Assembly (NCBI GenBank): GCA_002633005.1
Contig: NMRA01000070.1
Coordinates: forward strand, 667,872-731,871
DNA: 64,000 bases
Source of the DNA: Phoronis australis
Lineage: Eukaryota; Animalia; Phoronida
Direction of reading: 5' to 3'
Both the position numbers and the translations under genes were made by a program. How positions within the stretch are numbered: the first letter of the stretch is position 1; the number at the start of each line of letters is the position of its first letter. The notes under the pieces were generated by a model, which saw only the letters and a list, made by a program, of their open reading frames with translations, was not told where the DNA came from and did no database searches. Shown in pieces: positions 1 through 11,404 of the stretch.

Positions 1-310
1 TGCACTGCAAACTAACACAACGTGGTGTTTGTCCTCTATACATCCCGAATTATATAACTCACACAACCTATTTTCATAGGGAATATTTGTGTGGCGACCT
101 CTTTCCACTAAAAACAAATGATTTGAAAATCGCAATCAAGTCAGAGACTGTATAAAAACACGTGGGATACTAACTATTTCTAGATAATTCTCAAGACAAT
201 ACATTGTTTTATACCTCACATAGTAAGGCAGTTTTGCGTTACATTCGAGATCAGATTGCCAGCCTTGCAAATAACAGTCGTTTACACGTTGAGAAAAAAC
301 TGTCAAGAAA

Positions 311-587
311 TACCATGACGGCGACATCCCGTTGCTCCCAACTAGTGCGATTGTATAGCCCAACAACAAGTTGGGAAGTTTACCCCCGTAGCCAATTAAC
401 TCCATTCGGGCGTTGATGGTTGGAGGGCCTGCGCTATTTTGTTTGATAACTGCTCTAATCTTCGATCAGATCGTACCTAGCTTGACTGGGATGGGATGAT
501 AAAAATGAAAGTTAAGTTAAGCTAGATGTTATCGCACGTTAAGCACCCCTCACGTCTGGAAAAGTTACTGAACGGCAGGACGCTGTA
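311..587. mobile_element. ~275 bp insertion into LINE-A, shared by copies 1 and 3 (51566-51843); unclassified, possibly SINE-derived
   Basis: Copy 2 reads aagaaacacgcttggtttacc without a break at ~29111-29131, whereas copies 1 and 3 carry extra sequence that breaks the RT reading frame. Confidence 0.6.
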
Positions 588-1736
588 ATGCGCTTTGTTT
601 ACCACACCCTGAATAATACATACATCTGAAAAACCATACACAGACAGAAGTATCCTTACAAAACTTGCCCAATTATAGGAAGATCTTCCGATCAGATATG
701 ACTGAAAAAGTGTATCATATGCAACCTTTACCCCACGACTACTAGGCATCTCCAGTATTTTGAACCAGTATTTTATACATGATACAAAATATTTAGTAAA
801 CAATGGGAATCGACCACATTCTCCCATAACTGCCGAGTTTAAACAACAACTGCCTAGTCCTAAAATGCGTTTACAAAACTTGATATGTACATTTTCCAAT
901 TGTCCATATTCCTTAAATCCCCACATCTCAGCGCCGTAACACAGAAAGGGATAAACCATTTTATCGAACAAGTGAAAGGCTATTGGCGGGGGTAGATCAC
1001 AACATCTTCGCTTTAATTTACAAATTGCAGAGACAGGTTTATTTGCTTGATTAGATAAGGCTTTAATGGATTTGGTCCACGAAACTTTTGGAGTAATAAG
1101 TAGTCCAAGGTATTTGTAGTGAAACACCACTTCGACCAATGTTCCATTGTAAAACCATTTCTCATATCGTCTAAGAGGACCGCCATTTCAGAAAACGACC
1201 ACTTTAGTTTTATTCAAGTTTACTTGCATGCCCCATGATTCGCAAAATTCTGCCAAACAATTTAGCATACATTGTAACTTGATGGTGGTAGAGGAACATA
1301 ACACCATGTCGTCTGCATACAGCAGGGAGTTAACTCTTGGTACTTGTTTGCTGAGATATGTGCTATTAATATTACTTTTCGCACTCAGTTTATCCAGAAA
1401 TTCATTTAGATACAACAAAAATAATAATGGGCTGATCATGCAACCCTGGCGAGTGCCAACAGTACAATCAAAGAACTCTGTAAGACCACCTTGAGTTTCC
1501 ACACAAGTGCGCAATTCACTAGACATAGAGCGGATTATGTTGAAAATTTTACCATGCACATCAATGTTTTTCAGTCTATGGAAGAGTGGGATTCGATCGA
1601 ATGCCTTCGAGAAATCTACAAATGCACAGTAAAATCTCCCACCCAGCAGACTGAAGTACTTGTGGAACATAGCTTGAAGTGTAAACACTTGGTCAATAGT
1701 AGAGTAGCCTTTTCTAAACCCAGCTTGAGACTCATA

Positions 1737-2907
1737 CAGCCGATTTCATAAAGGTGGTTTAACAAAACTAGGTTTAAGACTTAAACCTGGTCTTCCTAAA
1801 CCTGGTCTAATTTTAGACCTAACTTGCATTTCACCAACAGGGTTTAAGAATCTGAAAGCCTGGTTTTGCTAGACCAGGGAGCTGGTTCAGTAGAACCAGG
1901 TTTAAAGTATCAAAGGCACCCCACTGTGTCGAGCTGGGTAAACCCAACAAAGAAACTATTGAAGTGCTTCAATGAAACCTTGATCACGTGGGTATAGAAT
2001 GGCATATACCAGTAGAATCAGTGCAGACATTTACGACAAAGGTCTAAAAGCTTTTCTCATGAGGAAAAATGTAATTTGTGTGCCCAACACACACACATTA
2101 AAGAACATGCTCAAGATTAGAAGTAACATGATAAATGTCCAAATTTATTTCCGTGTCATTTCAGTATTTATTTTTCGCGGTCAAAGGGGTGCAAGACCCC
2201 TTCCCGGCAACATTGAATTGGAGAACAGTGGAGGTGGAACTCAGTCAGAAGAATCAGAGGATGCAGTCTTAAGTCAAATCCGTAGGGCTTGCGATGATGA
2301 GACCTGCTCGACCAGTCGTATTTTGAGGAATCCGCAGGACACACTCCAGCACGTACTGGTCTACGCATAGGCGGATCCAGGGGGGTCAAGGGGTCCGGAG
2401 CCCTCCTTTTCCCTTGATTTTAATGATATCAAATCTATAATTTTCAAATTGTTGACTTGGTCCCCCCTTTCAAAAAGTCCTTGACCGTTCCCTCTCCTTT
2501 AAAAAATCCTGGATCCGCCCCTGCTACGTTTGATCTCGTGTCGTAGTAAACCTGAATAATGAAAATAGTCCATTTTCGCTCTGAAACTGCGTCGCAATTG
2601 CACACCGCGCCATCATTCAGTTGTACCTATACCATGCAAGTCTGACATATTTAACAGTTAAACCTGGGTCTGACCAAGTCTAAAGTTAAACATGGTTTAA
2701 GATCTTAATACAGGTCTAAAGAATATAGCCCTCGTTGGTGAAATGAAAACTGACTTAGACCAGGTCTAAACTGGAGTTAAACCAGGTTTTACAAGACCAC
2801 TGGTCTAAAAGTTAAACCACCTTTATGAAATGCAGATTATCATTAAACCTGGTCTAAGTCCAGTTTAAACCTGGTTTAACTTTAAACCACCTTTATGAAA
2901 TCGGCTG
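1737..2907. mobile_element. Non-autonomous TIR DNA transposon, PIF/Harbinger-like
   Basis: Terminal inverted repeats CAGCCGATTTCATAAAGGTGGTTTAA / TTAAACCACCTTTATGAAATCGGCTG with a 3-bp TSD ATA (1734-1736, 2908-2910). It has many subterminal aacctggt/accaggtt motifs. Copies 2 (~30275) and 3 (~52998) show the empty site. Confidence 0.85.
2366..2523. mobile_element. MITE nested in the Harbinger-like element
   Basis: TIRs CATAGGCGGATCCAGG / CCTGGATCCGCCCCTG, flanked by the 5-bp direct repeat CTACG (2361-2365, 2524-2528). Confidence 0.8.
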
Positions 2908-5757
2908 ATAAAGTTTATCATTATTTTCAGCCCAGTAATAAAGACGATTATTTAAAAGTTTGGTAAAAGTTTTCCCAAAGCAGACAACATTGAAATACCT
3001 CTATAGTTATTTTCGTCATTGATATTACCTTGTTTATGTACTGGAGTAAGCACTGCGTCACACCAAGCCTGGGATAATACCCAGAATCAAATATTGCATT
3101 GAATAACTTATGTAAGACTGACACTATCGTTACCTCAGTGCACTTCAGCATTTCAACAATCACGCCATCATAACCCCCAGCCTTGCCATTAGGCCCAGTG
3201 GCCTCATATATTTCAGAAGGCAAAAAATCCGTATTATGATCAGACGGGTAATTGTTAGTACATTTTTCACAGGAACTATCATATCCTGCGTGGCAAATTC
3301 ACTCAAAGACTCGTCAATAGAGCAGTTTCGGTTCAATAAATCCTTGAAATAGTAGTGGCATTTCTGCGGACTAATTGAACTTGAGAACTTGAAAGTTACT
3401 ACACAATACCAACCCTATTCATACCACGGGTACCTCATGCATGGTTAACCACCGTTTGACCTCTCACGTGATTTAACTCATTTCGAGTGTGAGATTCCTC
3501 CAGACTTGGTATTATGGCGAGACTTGAGGGTACGGGCCACAACAGCAGCGTAGAAATATTCTGACCATGAAACAAAGCAACTCGGAGAATAATTCAGGCC
3601 CTTTAAATAAACCTTTAACGGTGCTCCGTGTAATTTGCAGGTGTCAAGATGAAGTCTTGGGAGCGTCCGGCATAGGCATAGAGAAGGAGACATGAAAGAA
3701 TATTTATAAGTATTAGGGCTGGACGTACAATTGAAAACCCTGGTCGGGAAGTTTTTTTAGGAGTGTCCATTTGTTTGAATACTGCCAAATGAATCGCTTA
3801 CCCTGATATAAGAACGTTCAAGTACATATTTCAGAAATGTTCGATAAAATTACCAGAGCAATGCAATGTTGTATGTTTCCAGGGACCCTCCTTTCAAGAA
3901 ATAATGGAGTCATTTGTCTCTTAATGTTTCATTTTGGAAATTGTTTATCATTTGATATAATTCTCAGCTCTTGGAAGGGGCTCTTTGTTGGCAACCATCT
4001 GTTGTCTGATTTGTATCCTTTTTTCTTTTAAGGCGCACTCAAAGTGGGGCCCAAATGATATAACCAGTTCCTCCTCTTTCAGTTTTCTGTAAAATCGTGA
4101 AATCTTTTAAATTAATGAATGCGACCCGATGGTGGAAGAAAGGACGTCATACCCCATGATGGAATCTATTGTCACTCTGTAAAACTATTAATGAGATAAC
4201 GTTTGACATAATAATATTTGGATAGAACGCCTTTCATATTAAAGGGTGGGGAATCATAAATCCGCCACTGTCAATTATTTAAGAGGTGAAGTGACAAAAA
4301 CTTTGTTGGTCATGAAAACCACCAAATTTGCATATTTAAAGAACAGCAAAATCAAGACCCAGCAACCTAATTTGCTAAAAATGGGAATAACAATAGCATC
4401 GACCGAGAAATGTGAAGTACCGAGTTATCCATTAAGCTCAATAAGAAAAAAATGGGACCCTGTACAATACTGGGGCCCCATCCCTTAGTAAGAGTAGTGG
4501 AGACCTAGGTCTTCGGGGAGGGGAATCTATGAGATAAAGAACTGCAACAAAGGGCCTTGCGAATGCACGGAATAGGGGTCTGCCTTGTCGTCACATGGAC
4601 CAATCAAAATTAGTGACCAGAGGGGGAGGGGGAAGCTGGAAAATTAATGCGAAGTGAATATTTGTGATTCGTCTCGCCGTCACAGGGCCTATCAAAAGTT
4701 ACAGTGAGCTGGAGCAGTTTGACTATTTCTACGAAAGGTATGAATTATAATGGTTAGGATACTAGACCTTTTAGAGATTGGGAACCTCATGAAACGGACG
4801 GCATCTGCTGATTCTACCTGTTCATATCCATGAAAACAAACGTCCATGAAGCTGTTCATCAGGGAGCACAACTTTTCTTCTCCATTTTTGTGTCACTACG
4901 CGATTGCGGTGGAGCAAAATGTACAACAAATGCAATAAGACGCGACCGACCCCTATAGGTGATACATGATGGTTTGAAGAACCTGCAACAGTGATAAAAG
5001 ACCTGCAATAGAGCTGTTTTTGGTAAAAATTGAGCAGTACACAAACATCAACATGGGACTATTGACAGGTAGTTTGGCCTAGGTGAAAAGGTTTCGTTTA
5101 GCTGAAAGCAATCTCTAATCGCTTTAGTATGGGCTTAAAAAGGTTGAAATAAACAAATATTCGCATGGTCGTATGGTAAACGTGAGTCGTTTTTGATAAT
5201 AAACAACACATACAACATCCAAGAAATTTTCATTGCATTGTGGAAAAATAGATTTTCGTGACCCCTTTGTGCTCCCATATTCTCCCACCATTGTATATCC
5301 ATAAAGTGTCCAGATAGGATGCACGGCTGATCTTGTCGAAGCTATATTAGTTAACATGGCTCCGTACGTCTATATGCCTACAAAGCAAGAACCGATGACC
5401 ATGGAAACTGTCAAAAACAAAAATTCGACAGATCCAATCCCACTAGCTTCTTTCTTGTACCATTAAAGGGCCCCAAACTGACCTACCGATAATATTATCT
5501 TACAAGGACAACATCTGACAAACGTTCTCATTTGGACAACGTAAAAACTGATAATGGTTTGACGTGTTCGTGAAGGCGAGCGGTGATACTTTTCACACTT
5601 CAATGGAGAATTTGGCCATCTCCACTCCTCAAGAGGGTTGTTATCGGGGGAACTGTGTCTCTCATCATTAACCCGCCACTAGAGGACCAGCTTCATGGAA
5701 TGTCACTTTCATGCTGAGTTTCTTATTGTTTCAATTAAAGGTTGCCATTGATATCAA

Positions 5758-5797
5758 CAAAGATATTATAGTTACCCATTGGTATAGAGTATCTTTG
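5758..5797. mobile_element. 40-bp mini-MITE or transposon remnant with P-element-like termini
   Basis: Inverted ends CAAAGATA...TATCTTTG flanked by the 7-bp direct repeat ATATCAA (5751-5757, 5798-5804). It is also present, mutated, in copies 2 and 3. Confidence 0.55.
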
Positions 5798-8005
5798 ATA
5801 TCAAGAGCATTATTCGATGCGTGTACTGTATCGTGACGCGTGGGCGCGTTGTACCAATGTCGGTTAGTCGGTGGGCCAGATCTCGTAGCGTTCATCTTTG
5901 TGAGTACTTTGGGGGGGGGGGGGGCAACCTAGTTTTTCTATGTGGCTAGATAATATACCTAGAAATCAAATTCCAAAAAGTTCCCACGTCTACACTTGCA
6001 CATTTTTCTAAAAAAAAGTATTTTTGTTGCACAAAATATGATGCACATTCCTGCCACTTGATGGCGCTTTTCTATTGAATTGACCAATCAGAGAGCCAGA
6101 TTGTATTGTTGTACTTAGTTACTTCAATATGGCTTCTCCCATGGAGTGTGATGCCTGTACAATTCAAGGTTTATCAAACAGCACAAAATTGTGATGTCAG
6201 AGCCTAAAGAAGCTTAGGAAAGCTTCCTGACGAAATCTTATTGACTGTGGAACTCTGTAGATCAGTAGATCAAAAAGCAGAAGAGGTGTCACAAACGTTT
6301 GTGCAGAAAACAGCTGCATGTCCTGGTAGCCTACACAGTATACTGCTGAGTGCTGTAGACTAGAAGACCAAGTGTTAGACCAGAAAATTGAAAGGACATA
6401 GAACGGCATAGCAACGTTTCAAGGCACCAACAGTAGTACTAAAGCTGAAGTTGCTGAATGTGATACAGATGTTATCCAAGATTTCCCAAGAAAATCAATC
6501 ATACTTCCAAAATCTGAAACACCCAATTAACCTGAATAAGATAGGAACATTCTGAAACATGAGTGCATCATTTGTTAGCAGGAAAAGTACATTATGGGCC
6601 ACATTTCAAGAAAGAGAAAGAAGTATAGCTTTCAAAAACAGATACGTGTTTTTGAAAAATACATATTGGTGTTTTCCATGTGTGTTTCAGTATTATCACC
6701 AGTTGTTTTTTAACTTGTTCAGCCTCTTGGCTGCCTAGGCCTTAGACAATACTGCTGACCAAGTAGAGTCGATGATCATACCATAGGTACTCCATATGCC
6801 TGATACTTTTCGACAAATTATGTTCCTATAAGTTTAGAAATACCACGTAGAGAGATGCCTCTGAGGAGGTCGTTAATGTTTTCATTTGTTCCCAGTTGAA
6901 ACAAATACTCCTGCAATTCTGTTTTTCGAACACTCCATTCAGTTGCCACATCTACACTGCTTGCGCTAAGGAATAATCCTATGGCGTTATATACTGTGGG
7001 TGTGATTTTAAAGCACTTTAAGTCAAAAAATTTTGAGAAGGTTAAATGGAGTAGATGGTTGCAACCAACATGCCCAAGTGGCCGTCATCCCCTGCCGTAG
7101 TCTCAATTTTTTGTAAACATTAATTACTTAGGTAGGTGCAATGATAATTAAATTAAAGTGCCTAAGTGGCCATCGTCGCCATCGAAATTTGAGGACGACG
7201 GAAGCCACTGTCCATTTCGTCAAACGTCAATTACCTTAAAGTGTAAATCGATTGACTATGGTTTGAGCATCTGATTTAAAAAAATTAAATTTCAATCACT
7301 GCACTGGTATATCAGCTGATTTATTTTCAGTTGCGTCAACTGATCTAATTATTAGACGATCAACATTATTAGGCTACAGATCAGACGGCATGTAAATTTG
7401 TTAGGCTGGTGGTGGATCAGTGCATGATAAGTCCGTCTGAAAAAGTTGCATGCCAACTCACTCATATTTGAATGTTAAGTTAGTGTTAACAATTCGGGGT
7501 TTTTTTCAGTTGGACTTGTATCGCAAGCAACAGCTCAGTCCAGAGCCCTGAATATGCAAATGAAATTCAAAGATAAAGACCTTATGTCTTAGAAGCCAAG
7601 TACCACAGATCATCATGCTATAAAAAATAGAAAGACAACGATTGTGAAGAGTGACGAATTCACAGTTTTCAGAGATGTTCTTCTACAGTTTTGTTTTGAG
7701 TTCATTGAATCGAAGCTTCTAACACATGGAGATGTCATTTGCCTTTCAAAACTAAAGCAAGACTTTGAAGCTGTTCTTTAGAAAGCTGGTGTGCATGAAG
7801 TTATTTGGACAGGCAATCTTAAGAAATATTGTTGAAGCTACTCACTGCTGTAGTTTGTGCCCTACTAAGAGATACGAAAGTGAATTGAGGCTAGTGTTCA
7901 ATAATTTACTTGCTGACTCTAATTAACACAGTCCATTATAACATATTTTGAATCAAACGTTTGCCCAAATAGTGCCTGCCTCCAAACAAGGACTTAGTGT
8001 TTGAC

Positions 8006-8449
8006 CAAGGAGTGTAGTAGTATAGGAGAGTTCACTTGTGAGTTCGCTGTTACCGCTACTACTAGCGCCGCCAAGTGGTGAACAAGCTACGGTCAACCAG
8101 GAAGCGCCAAAACAATGGGGACGGACGCATTTTGCAGTGCGATAAATTGCATGAATTGATCCACGAAAACCCCACACGTGTCATTTTGTAGGTTTCCTAA
8201 GGATCCAGAAAGGTAAGGATTATCTGTTATTCAATAATATGATACATTGTCTTTCATTTTGTGTGTTCTGTTCACGGTTGTTAGACAAGTCGATCGCAGT
8301 CCCGGTGCCCGGCACTGTCTGTTGTCTGCAGTGTAGGCTAGACCTACTGGGCAGCCGGCGGAAGAGGACTATGATTAACGTACGATGTGATCGTCAGCTT
8401 TTTGGATACTTGCAGTCCATGTATTCCAAATCAAAATGTCACTCTAACG
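8006..8449 (+). mobile_element. 5' end of a THAP-containing (P-element-like) transposon, cut by the assembly gap
   Basis: The sequence diverges from its duplicate right after tgtttgac(c), begins CAAGG, and contains a THAP first exon. Confidence 0.6.
8115..8212 (+). pseudogene. THAP zinc-finger N-terminal exon with one in-frame stop
   Basis: Translates MGTDAFCSAINCMN*STKTPHVSFCRFPKDPE(R), matching the THAP pattern C-x4-C...F-x2-FPKD. It ends at a canonical AG|GTAAG donor. Confidence 0.7.
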
Positions 8450-9640
8450 NCTGAGGAGGTCGTTAATGTTTTCGTTTGCCAGTTTAAACAAATACTCCTG
8501 CAATCCTGTTTTTCGAACACTCCATTCAGTTGCCACATCGACACTACTTGCGCTAAGGGATAATCCTATGGCGTTATACTGTGGGTGTGATTTTAAAGCA
8601 CTTTAAGTCAAAAATTTTTGAGAAGGTTAAATGGAGTAGATGGTTACAAACAACATGCCCAAGTGGCCGTCATCCCCTGCCGTAGTCTCATTTTTTGTAA
8701 ACATTAATTACTTAGGTAGCTGCAATGATAATTAAATTAAAGTGCCTAAGTGGCCATCATCGCCGTCGAAATTTGAGGACGATGGAAGCCACTGTCCATT
8801 TCGTCAAACGTCGATTACCTTAAGTGTAAATCGATTGACTATGGTTTGAGCATCTGATTTAAAAAAATTAAATTTCAATCACTGCACAGGTATATCAGCT
8901 GATTTATTTTCAGTTGAATCAAGTGATCTAATTATTAGACGATCAACATTATTAGGCTACAGATCAGGCGGCATGTAAATTTGTTAGGCTGGTGGTGGAT
9001 CAGTTCCTGATAAGTCCGTCTGAAAAGGTTGCATGCCAACTCACTCATAGTTGAATGTTAAATTAGTGTTAACAGTTCGGGTTTTTTCAGTTGGACTTGT
9101 ATCGCAAGCAACAGCTCGGTCCAGAGCCCTGAATATGCAAATGAAATTCAAAGATATAGACCTTGTGTCTTAGAAGCCAAGTACCACAGATCATCATGCT
9201 ATAAAAAATAGAAAGACAACGATTATGAAGAGTGACGAATTCAAAGTTTTCAGAGATGTTTTTCTACAGTTTTGTTTGGAGATCATTGAATCGAAGCTTC
9301 TAGCACAATGAGATGTCATTTGCCTTTCAAAACTAAAGCAAGACTTTGAAGCTGTTCTTCAGAAAGCTGGTGTGGATGAAGTTATTTGGACAGGCAATCT
9401 TAAGAAATATTGTTGAAGCTACTCACTGTTGTAGTTTGTGCCCGACTAAGAGATACGAAAGTGAATTGAGGCTAGTGTTCAATAATTCACTTGCTGACTC
9501 TAATTAACACAGCCCATTATAACATATTTTGAATCAAACGTTTGCCCAAATAGTGCTCGCCTCTAAACAAGGACTTAGTGTTTGACCCTTCATTGCCTGC
9601 GGGCTAATCACCAGTGTGCATTGCTGTACCCTCTCTAATT

Positions 9641-9833
9641 GACCATAGTTGGCTCCTTGGCGGTGAAGCTTTGCAGTTAATATGTATGGCAATGACCGCA
9701 TCTCCATCGACAGTACTTACTAAACGATGAACGCTGCAAGTGCAAAAAGAACATGTGTGCTGGGAAACTGAGTTTGTGCTGCAATGCTGGGTCAAACTGT
9801 ACAGAAATGTGCAGCTGTGACAACTGTAGTAAC
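9641..9833 (+). pseudogene. Cys-rich (CXC-like) C-terminal remnant of an Academ-type transposase
   Basis: DHSWLLGGEALQLIC...SPSTVL is followed, after a frameshift, by RCKCKKNMCAGKLSLCCNAGSNCTEMCSCDNCSN near the right TIR. Confidence 0.6.
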
Positions 9834-11404
9834 ATCAGCAACACTGACTGCATAACATTGGATAGTTTTTTGACAAGTCAACCCTAAATAGACCTCCAAC
9901 CCCGTTATTTCCTTTTTGTATTAAACAGTTAATTTTATTTGTTGATTAAGTCATAGAAAGTACATACTTTGATCATTGTCATGTATTTGTCTCATACTGC
10001 TTGANCTTCATAACATTGGATAGTTCTTTGACAAGTCAATCCTAAATAGACCTCCAACCCCGTTATTTCCTTTTTTGTATTCAAAAGTTAATTTTATTTG
10101 TTGATTAAGTCATAGAAAGTACATACTTTGATCATTGTCATGTGTTTGTCTCATACTGCTTGATAAACGCTGTCAGAATAATCTATTATTTTCATACAGT
10201 CTTTGTGCACATTCACAGAGATCATTCACCTATATTGTTTCTGTACTATAACGTATTTCTGGTGTATTATGCAAACAAGCTGTATTTTACATCATTAGTC
10301 AATGTTTTAGTCATTGAGGCACAAATTTTGCCCAGTCTCAAGTGTTTTGTGTCATTTTTGTTGCCTGACAATGCCAGAATAACTTCCTAGTAACATTCAG
10401 ACTTAGTTTGCATTTTCGCCACTAGGTGTCTCTTTACATTTTTTAAATTTCACTGTTAATTAACAATTTACATAGTAAACCATGTAATGTGAGTGTAATA
10501 TTGTTCAATACAATGGCACTGATGGGACTATATTACTTGTTTTATAAAAAACGTCACCAAAACTGTTGTTTTTACAAATATAAGTTTACTAAGCTCTTTG
10601 GCGATTACTAGGCAACTTCAAACTCAAATTTCTCAAAAACGTGCAACTTTATATGTGGGAACTTTTTAGAATTTGAAAACACTCTAATAAATGAATTAAA
10701 AAACACCAAAATAAAATTGCCCCCCTAAAGTACTCACAAAAACCATTTTCTAGAGGCCCTACAAAATCTGGCCCACCGACTAGGTAGCATGCACACTTTT
10801 CATAAAACAACCTCTCTCCACCATGAAAATCTAATATATGAAATTGCCTAGTATTGTTACATTCAGAACTAGTTTAATAAAAACTGCCGGGATACCAATA
10901 TACTGATATTGGCACATTCATTTTTCTGCATAAACAAGCGGGTGGCTGTGAGAGTACCGGATTCTCTGACCGGAGCCGCATTGTTGAATTTTTTTTAATC
11001 GTGTGGCTCTTTTCATTCCATTAAGTTCAATTGTTATAAGCAAACGGGTACCGCGTAACGCAAGCTTATAAAATGAGCTGGAATCAGTTAAGAGAACAGC
11101 TAAAACGGGAAAATTTGGGCCCGACGTTTTGGCTACGAAGAAACAAAGCTGACCATGGTGGTAAGTGTACCGTTAATATGTCTCTGTCTGCTTCTAGTCA
11201 AAATACAGAAGCTTTATGACACCGCATTGCTATCGATATACAATTCCGTCGGCTGGACGTCAAGAGGACGTCTAGAAGACGAACACGAACTACTAATATA
11301 CGGTGTACGTTGACCCTGGCCATCCTCTACACGTCGATAAGCCGTTCCTTGTCGTCAAACTGTTCCTGAACTGTGCTAATGCGTGGCGGATACGGTTTGC
11401 GATA

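Larger units (their letters stand above)
1..3399 (-). mobile_element. Degenerate 5'-truncated non-LTR retrotransposon (RTE-X-like), copy 1
   Basis: ORF fragments 136-405, 522-1139, 1188-1688 and 2948-3223 carry RT motifs FVDFSKAFD, GTRQGCMISPLLF, LLYADD, YKYLG and the C-terminal GECGRFPL. The element is frameshifted and interrupted by insertions. The clade is inferred from motif recall. Confidence 0.85.
6861..9587 (+). repeat. ~1.15 kb direct duplication (6861-8005 vs 8451-9586) straddling assembly gap n8450
   Basis: ctgaggaggtcgttaatg starts both copies. The second copy starts immediately after the n, and the two are highly similar. Confidence 0.85.
5865..10782 (+). mobile_element. Internally degenerate Academ-like DNA transposon
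   Basis: TIR TAGTCGGTGGGCCAGAT...ATCTGGCCCACCGACTA, extending imperfectly for ~150 bp, with a 3-bp TSD GGT (5862-5864, 10783-10785). It is absent at the equivalent sites in copies 2 (~33163) and 3 (~56050). It contains a Cys-rich remnant at 9732-9833. Confidence 0.8.

Noticed and set aside
6861-9587. 1.15-kb direct repeats as LTRs of a retrotransposon
   Set aside because: There are no TG...CA ends, PBS or PPT. The second copy starts exactly at an assembly gap and is internal Academ sequence.
9850-10163. ~155-bp tandem duplication
   Set aside because: The two copies meet at gap n10004, so this is most likely an unmerged contig overlap.
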